Counted from the first letter of the stretch, positions 11,617 through 24,509 are shown. The stretch: 64,000 nt of DNA from Eledone cirrhosa (GCA_964016885.1 OZ024740.1:258602001-258666000); one strand, 5' to 3'. The notes: a model not told the origin generated them from the letters alone. Numbers and translations: made by a program.

Positions 11617-14600
11617 ATGACCTCACTCAGAATAGGCAGCATAAATGCGCGTGGCTTGGGGTCGTCATGGAAGCAGGGCCACCTGTTCAACGACCTCAGG
11701 TCACTAAACATAGATGTAGTGGCCATCAGCGAGACCAGAATCTCCGAAGCACGGGCCTTCGCACCGATCTTCGGCGGCTGCGATGTATACGCATCTCCCA
11801 GCCGTCCTGGATCGGGGGGAGGAGTTTCTGTGCTTTTTTGGAGAGGTTTGGATCTCGCCATACGAGCCATCTTCCTGGGCCCAGAAGGTAAGTTGGTGGG
11901 GCTGGACGTGACCAGCAGAGACGGGCAAGCTTACAGGCTAGTGGCCGTCTATGCCCCGACAGGAGCAGGGTGGCCTGATTTCTTACGGCGTCTGGAGACC
12001 TTTCTAGGAACGTCCCGCTCTTTAGTGTTAGTGGGCGACTGGAACGGGATCTTAGATGCACGCTGGGACTGTGTGGGATTACGGATAGGGGAGGAGGGTG
12101 CAAGAGCCTCACCAACCTGCTCAGGCGTTTTGAACTATCTGACAGGTACCGATTGGATTTCCCGAATGTGCCAATGTGGACATGGACAAACCGCATCGGG
12201 TCATTCAGATTATATCTAGATAGAGTATTTTGTAGGGAAATAGATAGGTCTAGCATAGGCTGTCCACATTTCAAAATAGTCGACTACACGGACCACAAAT
12301 TCGTGATCTGTGAGGTTGACTTAGATAGGCTTCAAAGACAGGGACCCGGCTACTGTAAGCTAAATGCCTCCTTGCCAGCGCGCAAGGCCTACAGAGACCG
12401 GATTAGAGAACTACTTAAGCGAGCGTTGACGGGGGCCATCGTCAACAAGGAGTGGTGGTTTGCTCTGAAAAGAACGATTAGAATAGAGTCCATTAGGTTT
12501 AGTAAGTCTTTAGCTATAGAGAAAAATAGAGCAAAGGGAGAACTAGTTAGAAAATTAGACGAGGCGCTTAGCAAAGGCATCACGACCGACGTACTTGCGG
12601 CAAAATTGGCCCTTGAGCAATTCTTCAATGCAAAGCACGTTGTCAGACCTAGGGTGCGTGCTCTCAGACACGAGGGGACGAAAGCCGTTCAATGGGCCCG
12701 AGTGGCGGAGGCGCGTCGTGGCAACAAAGCCACGATCCGGTCTTTGGTGGACCACGACGGGCGCATGCTACTCGATCCCGGGCAAATGTGTGAAGCTTTT
12801 CAGCGACATTTCGCTCAGCTGTTCGGGGGCAGCGGCGGGCAAGATAGAGAGATGAACTTTAGTGTCTACCTCGACGGACTCCCGCGGTTCTCGGCCACTA
12901 AGGCGGAGTGTTGCGAAAAGCCGATAACAGCCACTGAAGTGCGGGAGGCAATGACTGGCTGCACAAGGGGTAAATCGCCTGGTTTGGATGGTCTGCCCTA
13001 TGAACTTTACGTACAGATGCCAGACTTGTTCGGAGGCCTCTTGGCGGACTGAGAAAGGGGGATAATGTAGATACTTTCAGGCCCATAACTCTGCCAAACA
13101 CAGAGTTAAACATTTTGGCCAAGGTGCTAGCAAAGAAGTTGGTGCTTGTCGTTGGTGGTCTGGTGGGAGAGGCGCAGACATGCGCCATTCCCGACAGTTC
13201 CATCCACGACCACCTCCACCTCATGCGATACATCCTAGAGAGGGTAGCTAGGGTACCTGGCACTGGTAGGTCCTTGATCAATTTAGATCAGTCGAAAGCT
13301 TTCGATAGGGTCGACCATCGTTACCTAGCGGCTGTCCTGTAGGCGGCTGGTTTTGGGTCCTTCTTCAAAGGCTGGATCGCTGCCCTGCACAGCGACATCT
13401 GTTCTGTGGTGAGAGTGGACGGTCACCTTTCGGAACCGTTCAATATCATGCGCTCGGTCCGCCAAGGATGTCCCCTCTCGTCCCTCTTGTACGTATTGAC
13501 TCTCGAGCCATTACTGCACAAACTGGAGACGTTGAGGTGGGTCCCGTGCGAACTAGGATGTTGAAGATCCGTCTCACCCAAAAATGGGCTGGGAGGAAGC
13601 TATCCCTGAAAGGTCGAGCGGAGGTGGCTGACGCGTACATCGCGTCCGTCATCTACTACCGCCTGACGGTCGTACCTTGTCCTAAGCCCCGCCTGACTGC
13701 GCTGGAGCGTTTGCTCTTTCGCTTTTTGTGGAAAGGATGCGCTCCGATGGTCAGGCGGTCAATCTGCTGTCAACACCCGCTACGTGGAGGGCTGGGCAGG
13801 TCGTGGCTGATGATGCACAGACACGCGCTCAAGCTACGACATCTCCACCTCTTCCTCGACGGTGATCAGATGTGGTCGCCGTTTGCTAGACGCGTCTTTC
13901 CCCAGCTCGTCTCCTTGACGGAGCTGCAGTCCTGGGTCAAGCAAAGACCGGGAGGGAGCGCTTGGAGACTGGAATGTCTTCAGGCGCTCACAGCCCTCGA
14001 CCAATCGGGCAATGTGATCGGTGGAAACTACACCTAGGCGTTCTATAGAGGATTAGTGGAGGGGAAGAGCGACGACGTACTTGAGGAAACTCTAGGCGTC
14101 GACGAAAATCAACTAGCCAATCTCTTCGGAAGATTTTAGGGCCGGGGCCTATGGACAACTTCCAGAAATCCCTGGCGTGGCAGTACTACCGAGGAGCTTT
14201 GCCAGTTCGGGATAAACTCTACAGGAATGGAGGTGCCGTCAGCCGGGCATGTCTGAGATGCCCGCAGGGCGACGAAACCGTCCTACACGCACTCGTCCAA
14301 TGTCCCAGCATTGCTGACTTGTGGGTTTATGTCGAACCCCTGCTGTCGCGTGTAGGACGGATCCGGCTATCAGCTGAGTCCATCGTGAGGATTGCCCAAC
14401 CCTCTTCCTTTAGCCGGGAAGGGCAGGCAATGTTTATCTGTCTGGTGGCCATGGTGAAAGGGATAGTATGGTGGACACGTTTGAAAAGGCTGAAGACGAG
14501 CACTTACCTCTTCGGTGATGCCCTGATTAACTTTTTCAAATTTCATTTGAAAAGGAAAATCAGGGTAGAAAGGAAGTGCTCTCTTCCCAGCATTTTGTTG

Positions 14601-14665
14601 AAAGATGGGTGAGAGAAGCAAGTATGGCCCGTGGGAATGGGTCTACTCTGAGTATGTGTCTGTAA
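11617..14665 (+). pseudogene. Tx1 copy B ORF2 (APE-RT), disrupted
   Basis: MTSLRIGSINARGL start, RT motifs, deletions near 13050 and 13560 (YADD lost), C-terminal CLRC..H..C. Confidence 0.85.
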
Positions 14666-14898
14666 ATTAAAGGTGGAAAACTGGGAGAGGGCACTTGCCC
14701 GGGTGGTCAGGGTCACTGTGGCCTTTTAATGGGCTTTCTCCAAAAATGTCCCTCGGAAGTTTCCCCCCTATTGGGGAATTTTTTTTTAGATCCTCTTTTT
14801 TTGTTTTTTACACGCAGAAATGCCCATTTGTACCGTCCTGTATTGTCCTGTACTGTCCTTTATGTAAACCCTTGTGGTTAATAAAGAAAACATTATTA

Positions 14899-14925
14899 CT
14901 GGCCTTGTGCCAAAAGTAGAAACAA
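14899..14925 (+). mobile_element. Isolated SINE 3' tail inside the (ATT)n spacer
   Basis: ctggccttgtgccaaaagtagaaacaa matches the 3' end of the full SINE at 23037-23220. Confidence 0.75.
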
Positions 14926-15152
14926 TTATTATTATTATTATTATTGGTGAAGCCACGCTTCTTATCGCCTCCAGTTGTTTTCAACGTTTTACCACGTTTT
15001 CAACCGTTCTAAACCTTTTATTCAAGTTTTAAATTTGATAAAAGTTTAGAAGAAGTGACCCACCTAATACAGGGGTTCACTCGTAAATAATACGGCACCA
15101 CTTTACGGGGTGTCGTATTGTGTAAAAATATTTTTTGAAAAAAAATGTCAAC

Positions 15153-17234
15153 ATGGATAACACAAGAAATAGAGACAGCGCTGTCAGACAACACAAAGAG
15201 AGGGAGACTTTATCAGCATGTCAACAAGACAGCGTTCCAGCGGAGGTAAATATAAACGAAAATATTACAAAGGAAAAGAGGATTGTTACAGATTTAAAAT
15301 TACCAAATATTTCTAACACAAACAACACCAACAATAACACCACCAACAACACCAACAACAACAACACCATCAATAACAACAGCAACAACAAAAGTAACAG
15401 CGGTAAGGTCGAGAACGACAATAACAAAAATAACAGCGGTAAGGTCGAGAACGACAATAACAATGACAATAACAACAGCCACAACAACAATAATAATAGG
15501 AACAGTATCAACAAAAACAACAATAATAACAACAGCCACAATAACAGTAACAACAGCAACAGTATCAACGAAAACAACACCAACAACTGTAACAGCGAAA
15601 AGAACAACAATGACACCGATACCTGTAACAGCGATCCCAGCACCACCAGCAAGACCAGTAGCGGCAGCAATAGTGGTGCTGCTGAAAAAGGGACCACTTC
15701 TTTTGCAGGTGTCGCCCGAAATATCAAGACAGTGTTAGTCACAGAGGAAGAGATGGCAGTCGCAAGGGCCATGGTGACAAGAACCGCCAATAGAGTCTCC
15801 CTGAAACCTCCACCCGATTTTTTCAAGGACCAGCAGCTACGGACGGTACGCACCGTAAGCAAAATCTCGCAAAATCTCACGTGGAGAGAGCCACGAAGGC
15901 TCAAATCCAAAAGGCCTTGGGGTGCGTCTGGGCACGCAAAACCCACATCACCCGAGGCAGAAAGTACGCCACAGTAGACGTACTTTTCGCCACCCCCAAG
16001 AAGCAAAGTCTCACACTTTGGAAACCCTAAAGAGTGAGGAGTTAGTCTTGGTGCTCTCCTACTGCGGGCCGAAAATTGTGAGGGTCAAAGTGACCCAGGT
16101 CCCACCCGAGGTGCCCGTACCTTGGCTGGCCGCGTCTGTCCATGCTGGAATCGAGGACAGGACAACCATGCTGCAAGTAGAGAAAATAGGGAGAGAGAAC
16201 TGGTCAGGTATAGGCATGCAAATGCTTATACAAACAGACCGGGAATGTTTCGACGCTATCCCGATATCATAGACATCGAGGAAGGACTCCAACTCCCTAT
16301 AAGCGTAGAAGGAAAACGGCCAAAATGTTATCCTTGTGGATCGAAGGGTCACCGCAGGGCCTTTTGCCCGCAGAAGACAGCGAAGAAGAAGGCCCCCTCT
16401 CCTTCCAATACCTGGTCCGCTGATACCAAGAGCAGGGCAGGCAACAAACGCAGAAGCCCCTTCTACGGTGAGTAGGAGGGCAACGTCCGTGGCACCGTCA
16501 ACTAAAGCAGCAGCATCAGTGGCGGCAACACCAATAGCTACATTTGAAGTAGCTACACCAGCAACAAAATTGCCGAAGAGGGCTCCACTACCACCTCCAA
16601 CAGCCGTGGAGCACATACCCCTCCCAGACGCCAAGGAATCCGACATAGAGTTTGAGGCGGGAGTGAAGTGGCAAACGGTCTGACACAAAAAACAAAAAAC
16701 GAAAAAAACCTTAGATTCACCCTCCAAAAGCGAAGGCACACAAAGAGGGGTAAAGGCAGCAAGAAAACTTGCAGCAACACCACCACCATCACCATCACAC
16801 CACAAACACCACCGCCAACAACAACCAGACCACCACCATCATCACCAAAAACACCAACAACGAAAACAAAACAAAACACACACACCAAACAGCAACAAGA
16901 AGAAAACAGCAACAAAATCACCCCTCCCCCCGAAAAGTACACAGCCATAAATATGGCAAAAAAAGAACTCATACAATATATAAAACAGCACACAGACATC
17001 ACAGAAAAAAACTACTAGACCCCACCAACACCAAGAACTCTCCCGACAAACATAAGCATCATTGAAATCTCAATAGAACAGTACAAACCTTTAAAACAAA
17101 AATTCCCCAACGCAGTTGGAGACTTCAGAGGGTCGGTTACCAAGAGGATATATTCTGACATCCTCTTGGAATCACCCATGACCAGCCAAAGGGATGGTTC
17201 TACTGTCCCTTCACCACACGATCAAGGTAAGTGA
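15153..17234 (+). pseudogene. Tx1 copy C ORF1, frameshifted
   Basis: Asn-rich N-terminus, SFAGVA, SYCGPKIVRVKVTQVPPEVPVPWL (homologous to copy B), CCHC knuckle. Confidence 0.75.
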
Positions 17235-17266
17235 CCCTTTCTCACTTGGCCCGTTTCTCTTCCAAC

Positions 17267-20265
17267 ATGGCCGCACTCAGAATAGGCAGTATAAATGCAC
17301 GTGGCCTGGGTCATCTTGGAAGCAGGGTCACTAAACATAGATGTGGTGGCCATCAGTGAGACCAGAATCTCTGAAGTACAAGCCTTCGCACCGATCTTTG
17401 GCGGCTACGATGTATACGCATCTCCCAGCCTTCCAGGAACAGGAGGAGGGGTTGCCGTCCTTTTTCGGAGATGCTTGGATCTCGCCATACGGGCCATCTT
17501 CCTAGACCCAGAAGGTAAGTCGGTGGTGCTGGACGTGACCGGCAGCGAAGGCAATGCTTTCAGTCTAGTAGCTGTCTACGCCCCAACAGGGGCAGGACGG
17601 CCAGATTTCTTTAGACGTCTAGAGACCTTTCTTGGAACGTCCCGCTCTTTAGTGTTAGTGGGCGACTGGAACGGTATCTTGGAGGCACGCTGGGATTGTG
17701 TGGGGCTAGTGGATAGGGGTGAGGGTGCCAGAGCCTCACCAACCTGCTCAGACGTTTTGAACTGTCTGACAGGTATCGACTGGACCACCCGAATGTGCCA
17801 ATGTGGACATGAACAAACCGCATCGGGTCATCCAGATCGTATCTCGATAGGGTATTCTGCAGAGAACTAGATAAGGCTAGTATAAGTTGTCCACAATTTA
17901 AAATAGTCGACTACACAGACCACAAATTTGTGATCTGTGGGATCGACATAGACAGACTTCATAGACAAGGGCCCGGTTACTGGAAGTTGAACACGTCTTT
18001 CCCGGCGCGCAAAGCCTACAGAGACCGAATTACCGTATTAGTTAAGCAGGCGTTGAGGGGAGCGGTCGTCAACTACAGGTGGTGGTTCGCCCTGAAAAGG
18101 CAATTAAAATAGAGGCGATTAGGTTTAGCAAAGGTCTAGTCATAGAGGAAAATAGAGTAGAGGGAGAGCTAGTCAGAAAGCTAGAAGAGGCGTTTAGGAC
18201 AGGCATCGCAACCGACGTGCTTGCGGCGAGATTGGCACTCGACCAATTCTTCAACGCAAAACACGAAGGCGGCGTTGTCAGAGCTAGAGCGCGTGCTCTG
18301 AAACACGAGGGGACAAAACCCGTCCAATGGGCCCGGGTGGCATAGACGCGACGTGGCAATAAAGCCACAATTCGGTCTTTGTCTGACCAAAACAGGTGCG
18401 TGTTGCTCGAACCCGAGCAGATGTGTGAAGCTTTCCAGCATCACTTTGCTGAACTGTTCGGGGGCAGCGGCGGCCCGGATCGGGGCATGGACTTCAGTGC
18501 ATACCTCGACGGACTGCCTCGGCTCTCGACGACCACAGCACACTGTTGCGAAAAGCCAATAACAGCCGGTGAAATACGGGAAGCGATGGCTAACTGCACG
18601 AGGGGTAAATCGCCAGGTTTGGATGGTCTGCTCTACGAGCTTTATGCATTTATGCCAGACTTGTTCGGTGACCTCTTGGCAGTCTACTGCAACTGGCAGC
18701 AGAACGGGAGCATTCCCAGTTTTGTGAGCCGGGGAGCCGTGGCGCTGTGAGAGTGACCGGTCACCTGTCGCAGTCGTTTAGCATCATGCGCTCAGTCCGC
18801 CAGAGTTGTCCCCTCTCGTCCCTCTTGTACGTATTGGCTCTCGAGCCGTTACTGCACAAACTGGGGGCGATTAGGGGCGTCCCACGCGAACTGGGATGCG
18901 GGAAGTCCGAGTCGGCTTACGCCGACGACGTCAGCGTGGTGGTATCGAGCACCAGACACGTCCAGATGCTCGGCACCGTTCTCAAGGAATACGAAGCGGT
19001 GACAGGAGCAAAGATAAACCAGGAAAAGTCGGTGGGCTTGCAGCTCGGCACCTGGAGAGGCAAGTCCATGCCGTCCGACAGCGTCGTGGGGCGTTGGACT
19101 GACGGACCGGTTAAATTGCTCGGGGTCTGGTTCGGACCGGACCTCCAGATGGAGAAAAACTGGAACGAGGTGACGAACAAGGTGGCCTCCCTCACTCAGA
19201 AATGGGCCGAGAGGAAGCTGTCCCTGAAAGGCCGGGCGGAGGTGGCGAATGCGTACATCGCATCCGTCATCTGCTACCGCCTCACCGTCGTCCCTTGCCC
19301 CGGCTCAACTCTCACCAAAATGGAGCGCCTCCTCTTCCGCTTTTTGTGGAAGGGACGCGCTCCCATGGTCAGACGATCCATCTGCCGTCAACACCCATTG
19401 CGTGGAGGACTGGGCATGCCATGTCTGATGATGCGCAAACAAGCGCTGAGGCTGCGACATCTCTGGTGCTTTCTTGACGGTGAACAAGTGTGGTCGCCGT
19501 TCGCCAGGCACGTTTTCCCACAGCTCGTCCCCTTGGCGGAGCTGCAGTCCTGGGTCAGAACAAGACCGAGGGATAGCGCTTGGAAACTGGAATGTCTCCA
19601 GGCGGTCACTGCCCTCTGCCAGCTGGGTACGAGTATCGGTGGAACATCCACCTTGGCGTCCTATAGAGGACTAGTGGAGGGGAAGAGCGACGACGTTCTC
19701 GGAGAGATCCTGGGCGTCCAAGAAGATCAGTTGTTTGCTCTCTTCCGGAGAACTTTCTGCCCAGGGCCTATGGATAACTTCCAAAAATCCCTGGCCTGGC
19801 AGTGGTACCGGGGAGCACTGCCGGTTCGAGATAAGCTCTACAGGCACGGAAGTGCCGTCAGCCGAGCATGTCCGAGATGCGCCGAAACCGTCGTGCACGC
19901 ACTCCTTCAGTGCCCGAGCATTGCTGACTCGTAGAGCTATGTCGAACATTTGCTGTCACGTGTAGGACGGATCAGGTTATCGACTGAGTCCATTGTGCAG
20001 ATGGTCTCACCGTCTTCATTCGAGGGGGAAGAGCAGGCGGTTTTCATCTACCTGGTGGCCATGCGAAAGAGATTGTATGGTGGGGAAGGTTGAAAGGGTT
20101 AAAGACACTTTCCTCTTCGGCGAATCCCCAATTAACTTTTTCAAGTTTCACTTGAAGAGGAAAATCAGGGTGGAGAGGCAAGTGCTGCCTTCCAGCAAGT
20201 TTGTTGAAAGGTGGGTGAATGTAGCGAGAATGGTCCGAGTGAACGGGACCGCGTCTGTAGTTTGA
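17267..20265 (+). pseudogene. Tx1 copy C ORF2 (APE-RT), disrupted
   Basis: CAACATG start, APE motifs, deletion near 18747 removing the N-terminal RT subdomains, YADD retained. Confidence 0.85.
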
Positions 20266-20787
20266 AAAAGGGAAAAATTGAGAGAGGGCGCTTGCCCTGG
20301 TGGTCAGAGTGACCGTGGTCTTTTTTGTGGTTTTCGCCACATGTAACCCTCGGAGGTTTCCCCCCTATTGGGGAATTTTTCATTGTTTCAATTTTCATTT
20401 TTATTGTTTATAGATATATGTTTCTATGTCTTTTTTTCTTTTCTATATATAAATAATAAAAATATTTACACGCACAAAACCTACATTGTACCGTCCTGTA
20501 CCGTCCTGTGCCGTCTGTAATGTTTTTCTTCATGTCAGCCCTTATTGCCAATAAAGAAATCATTATTATTATTAATATTATAGTTTAATCATTTACCTAT
20601 AATAACTACCTTCAGTTCCGGTATACTGAATTAATAAAAGATATTATAACATTCTACTTTCATATGTATATTTCTATACTGACTAAACATTCTCATATAT
20701 AAATCATCTGAATCAGCAAAAACTAATTGTTTAATTATCTTTCGTTTTATATTTATTTATTGATATCTTATTGTATTCTATAATAAT

Positions 20788-20965
20788 AGTTTCTACTTTT
20801 GGCACAAGGCCAGCAATTACATTACGGGTACTTTATTTTATCGACCCCGTAAGGATGAACGACAAAGTTAACCTCGGCTGGATTTGAACTCAGATCGTAA
20901 AGGGACATAATTTTGCTGGAAAGTATGGCGTCCGACTCTCTACCTATACTGCCAATGCACCGCCC
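20788..20965 (-). mobile_element. tRNA-type SINE, full length, with TSD
   Basis: B-box-like gagttcaaatcc and core catccttacggggtcgataaaataaagtacc on the minus strand. TSD ttg(t/c)attctataataat at 20771-20787 and 20966-20982. Confidence 0.85.
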
Positions 20966-20982
20966 TTGCATTCTATAATAAT

Positions 20983-21115
20983 GGTTTCTTATATAGGCAC
21001 AAGGCCAGCAATTTTGGGGGAGGGGAAAGTCGATTAAATCGACCCCAGTGAGTGACTGGTACTTTATTTTATCGACCCCGTAAGGATGAAAGGCAAAGTT
21101 AACCTCGACGGGTTT
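20983..21115 (-). mobile_element. Related SINE, 5'-truncated
   Basis: Same central core and ggccttgtgcc tail, with a longer 3' segment. Confidence 0.8.
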
Positions 21116-21532
21116 AGAGATTTTTTTGTGTACCGTTGGAAATGTTCTTACCAAGAATTCATTTTAAACTTGAATTCTTACTCTAATTATCAATCTTCTT
21201 TTCCATTTTTTTTGTTTGTATATTTCTATTATACTCCTAACGAACGCATAATTAACTAACTACTCTCCTTTTTCTTGTCAATATGCAGACTAAAAATAAT
21301 CTCATTTAATATTAACCCCATGTTATTTAATGTACGGATGCAATATATTAATTGATATGGTATGAACCTCATCTATGGTATGAAGTTTTCTATGAAACTT
21401 ATAACAGTAGATAAATTCGTGAATAATATGTAGAGTGATGGACAGATACCTCGTGTATATCGTGGTATGGCCCGAAAAGTATGTAGATTTAAAATTTTCT
21501 TTTAAATATAACTTGGTTATTCTCTCTCCATT

Positions 21533-21554
21533 TATATATATATATATACATATT

Positions 21555-21647
<93 letters not shown>

Positions 21648-21657
21648 CTGTGTGTGT

Positions 21658-21692
<35 letters not shown>
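21533..21692. repeat. (TA)n then (TG)n microsatellite
   Basis: Seen directly. Similar tracts at ~33370-33690, 33860-33970, 41500-41850, 46485-46608, 50780-50996, 52500-52740, 56440-56503, 57220-57370 and 58380-58620. Confidence 0.95.
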
Positions 21693-21695
<3 letters not shown>

Positions 21696-23036
21696 TACCA
21701 GTAGTACTAATATACCGTGGTCCTGATATGTGTGTATGTGAAGCCATATGCTGTACGTTTATGTACAATAAACACAAAAAGTCTTATTATGAATATTTCA
21801 AGTTGTGACGATGTCACAGATATCTCATTTATCGTGTGCACGAATGACAACCACATGTTTTGGGAGTTTTAGCCGAGATCCGTGATAGCTATGACATGAT
21901 TACTACTTAGAATATTCTAGCGAGACTCTTGTGTATTTTTTATACATAGGCATTGCACATATTCCTCTGTATATGCGTCTGTACGTGTCTACGTGTTTCC
22001 TTTCATATGTGTGTTTGTGTTTGTTTGTGTTCATGTCTGTTTCTTTGTATGTGTCATGTGTGTTTATGTGTGAGTTTGTGTGTGTGTGTGTGTGTATGTG
22101 TGTGTGTGTGCGTTTCTTAAGCAAGTAATCATCCAACACATCTTACACCATTAACATGAAGGAATTTACCTTCCTTCTTCCTTAATTAATCAAACAATTA
22201 ATTAATTTCAATGATTTGTAATTAGTCAGTTTATGGGTGCATTTTTAACGAGATGAGTTTTTAGATGAGATTTGACACGACGAGAACTGACTTTTAGGTC
22301 GGCGTACTTGACAAACACGGATGCCTGTAACGACACCTACAACAGCAACTGGAATAACAAGAACAACAGTAACAACAGCAATAACAGTAACAAGAACAAT
22401 AACGACTACAAAGCAACCCCAAGACGACGATGGCCATCACCACCACCATCATCGCAACAACAACAACAAAAACAGTAACAACAGTAACATCAATAACAGC
22501 AATAACAGTAACAAGAATAATAAAGACTACAAAACAACCCCAACGACGATGATGGCCACCACCACCACTACAACAACAACGTCAATAACATCAAGAGCAA
22601 TGTAACACAAACCGATGAGATAGATTCTTGCTAGTGAGACGATCTGCTAGATATAGCACCAAATTTTCCTCAAGTCACTCCTGGTACGCTTAAACAATAT
22701 AAGGCACATTAGTTAATGTAGTCATAGATTGCTGTCAAAGGATAGGAAAGTCATGGCTGGGATGTTTTTTCCATAATAGTTTTGCTCACTTAATTTTACC
22801 CCGATACAAAACAACATCGACAATTTAACAACTAAATTGTTAAAACATGATATTTAATGTGGGTAAGAAGTTTCTTTCGTAAACAAGCACTGTCCGGTTT
22901 CTATCTCACAGTACGTCACCTTTCCTTTGGTTCATCAGATCTCTCTTAATTAAATAAGGTAGGTAAAGGAACAGAAATTATGCGGAAGAACAACTGTAAA
23001 TAATAGCTTTATTAACTTCATTATATATAAACTACG

Positions 23037-23220
23037 ATGGGTTGGCAGTATCGGTAGAGGGTCTAACGCCATGCTTTGCAGCAAAGAGTTACGGCCCTTT
23101 ATGGTCTGAGTTCAAATCCCGTCGAGGTTAACTTTGCCTTCCATCCTTACGGGGTCGATAAAATAAAGCATCAGTAATACACTGGAATAATTGCTGGCCT
23201 TGTGCCAAAAGTAGAAACAA
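23037..23220 (+). mobile_element. tRNA-type SINE, full length, with TSD
   Basis: A-box-like tggcagtatcgg, B-box-like gagttcaaatcc, conserved core and tail. TSD attatatataaactacg at 23020-23036 and 23220-23236. Confidence 0.9.
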
Positions 23221-24509
23221 TTATATATAAACTACGTAATATGACAACTGAGACTAGATAATGTCTGTCTTCCCCATTTGGTGGCTATTGCGGTCCTGTT
23301 CGGTTTGCCGAGTTTGTGAAGGTGGGAGGTCCGCATTTGGTTTGCTGAATTCGGAGAGTCGGTCACTGGTTAGTTTACCAGGAGTCTTGAGTGCTGGTTG
23401 CCGTTCGGCTTAGGGTGGTTGCTAAGTGTTTTGTGGGTTGATTGTAGCAATAAAGTTCATATTTACGTGCTATTTTAATTTTTCTCTCAGCCCTTTCATT
23501 GCACTCGCTTTTTTTTTTTTTTAAAGTCTGATCTATATAAGAGGGTGTTGTAGTGTACTTGAAGCATAGTGTGAAGTGTAGAAAATAGTGTTTTAGTAGA
23601 AGGTTACAGTAATGTAAATGGCATATAACTGTTAAAAATAATGATATAAATCTGATTATTCATCGTGTAGTTATATATTTTTCTTCATTACTTGTAACTC
23701 TTGTTCGTTCCTTAACTGATGTCTTTGTTTTTCACACAGGTACGCTTTTTATTTCATTCTCGTTTAAACGTTTTACCTAGGCAGCGTTAAACCAGTGCTT
23801 AAGCATGTTGAACGCCATCGGGTTCCTATTCTCCTTCTGGCGTATGAGTTGCTCTCAATGATGGGATATTTCTGTTGTACTGGGTTTTGTTTTACTGTCT
23901 TTGTGCATTTTCCCTTAATATATTTAGAAGAAGAAGAAGAAGAAGAAGAAGAAGAAGAAGAAGAAGAAGAAGATAATTATATCTCACAACAACAATAGCA
24001 GCAACAACAACAGTACAAAAACAACCAAAGCAATATTAACAACAGCGCAAATAACAACACCAATCACAGTAACAACACCAGTACAATAGAATTAATTGAG
24101 ATATAAGGGGTGTTGGAGAAATATGGAGAGAGAAAAAGAGAAAGTGAGAGAGGCAGGGAGAGAGATTTGGAGAAAGAGTGAGAAAATGTAACGAGGATAT
24201 AGAAAGAAATGTATATAGAGAAGGAGAAGAAAACAAAATTATCGAGATTGATAATGAGAAAGAGTGGGAGGGAAAGAGCGAGGATCAATTGGAAGAAAGG
24301 TGCTGAAATCATGGAAGACTGTTAATTACAAGTATATCTCTAATTAAATCGCAAAATTCAGTTTTAATCAGATCGGCCTCCACCGCCGCCATCACAGCAT
24401 AAACACCATCACCATTGCCACTATTACCACAACCACAACCATCACCACTAGCTGCAGCATTGCTATCGTCACCATCGGCCACACCACCGCTAACACAAAC
24501 ACCCTCCTC

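Larger units (their letters stand above)
9409..14891 (+). mobile_element. Tx1-clade LINE copy B, near full length, degraded
   Basis: Starts GG directly after (ATT)n. 5' UTR, ORF1 with CCHC knuckle RCVVCGEGTHLKAFCP, ORF2 APE-RT with LDQSKAFDRVDHRYL, 3' end ccttgtggttaataaagaaaa then (ATT)n. Confidence 0.92.
14946..20561 (+). mobile_element. Tx1-clade LINE copy C, near full length, degraded
   Basis: Starts GG after (ATT)n. ORF1 with KCYPCGSKGHRRAFCP, ORF2 with SAYADDVSV, 3' end aataaagaaatc then (ATT)n. Confidence 0.92.

Noticed and set aside
15221-16006. Leu/Val-rich membrane-like antisense ORFs over Tx1 ORF1 regions
   Set aside because: Reverse-strand reading of AAC/ACC-rich low-complexity ORF1 sequence.
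23037-23120. tRNA gene
   Set aside because: A/B-box-like motifs belong to the SINE head. No cloverleaf is evident and the element has a TSD.
23720-23760. Splice-acceptor-like ttttcacacag, and a similar tttcctcctgcag near 60550-60564
   Set aside because: No supportable exon with coding signal and matching donor. A host exon cannot be excluded without RNA data.
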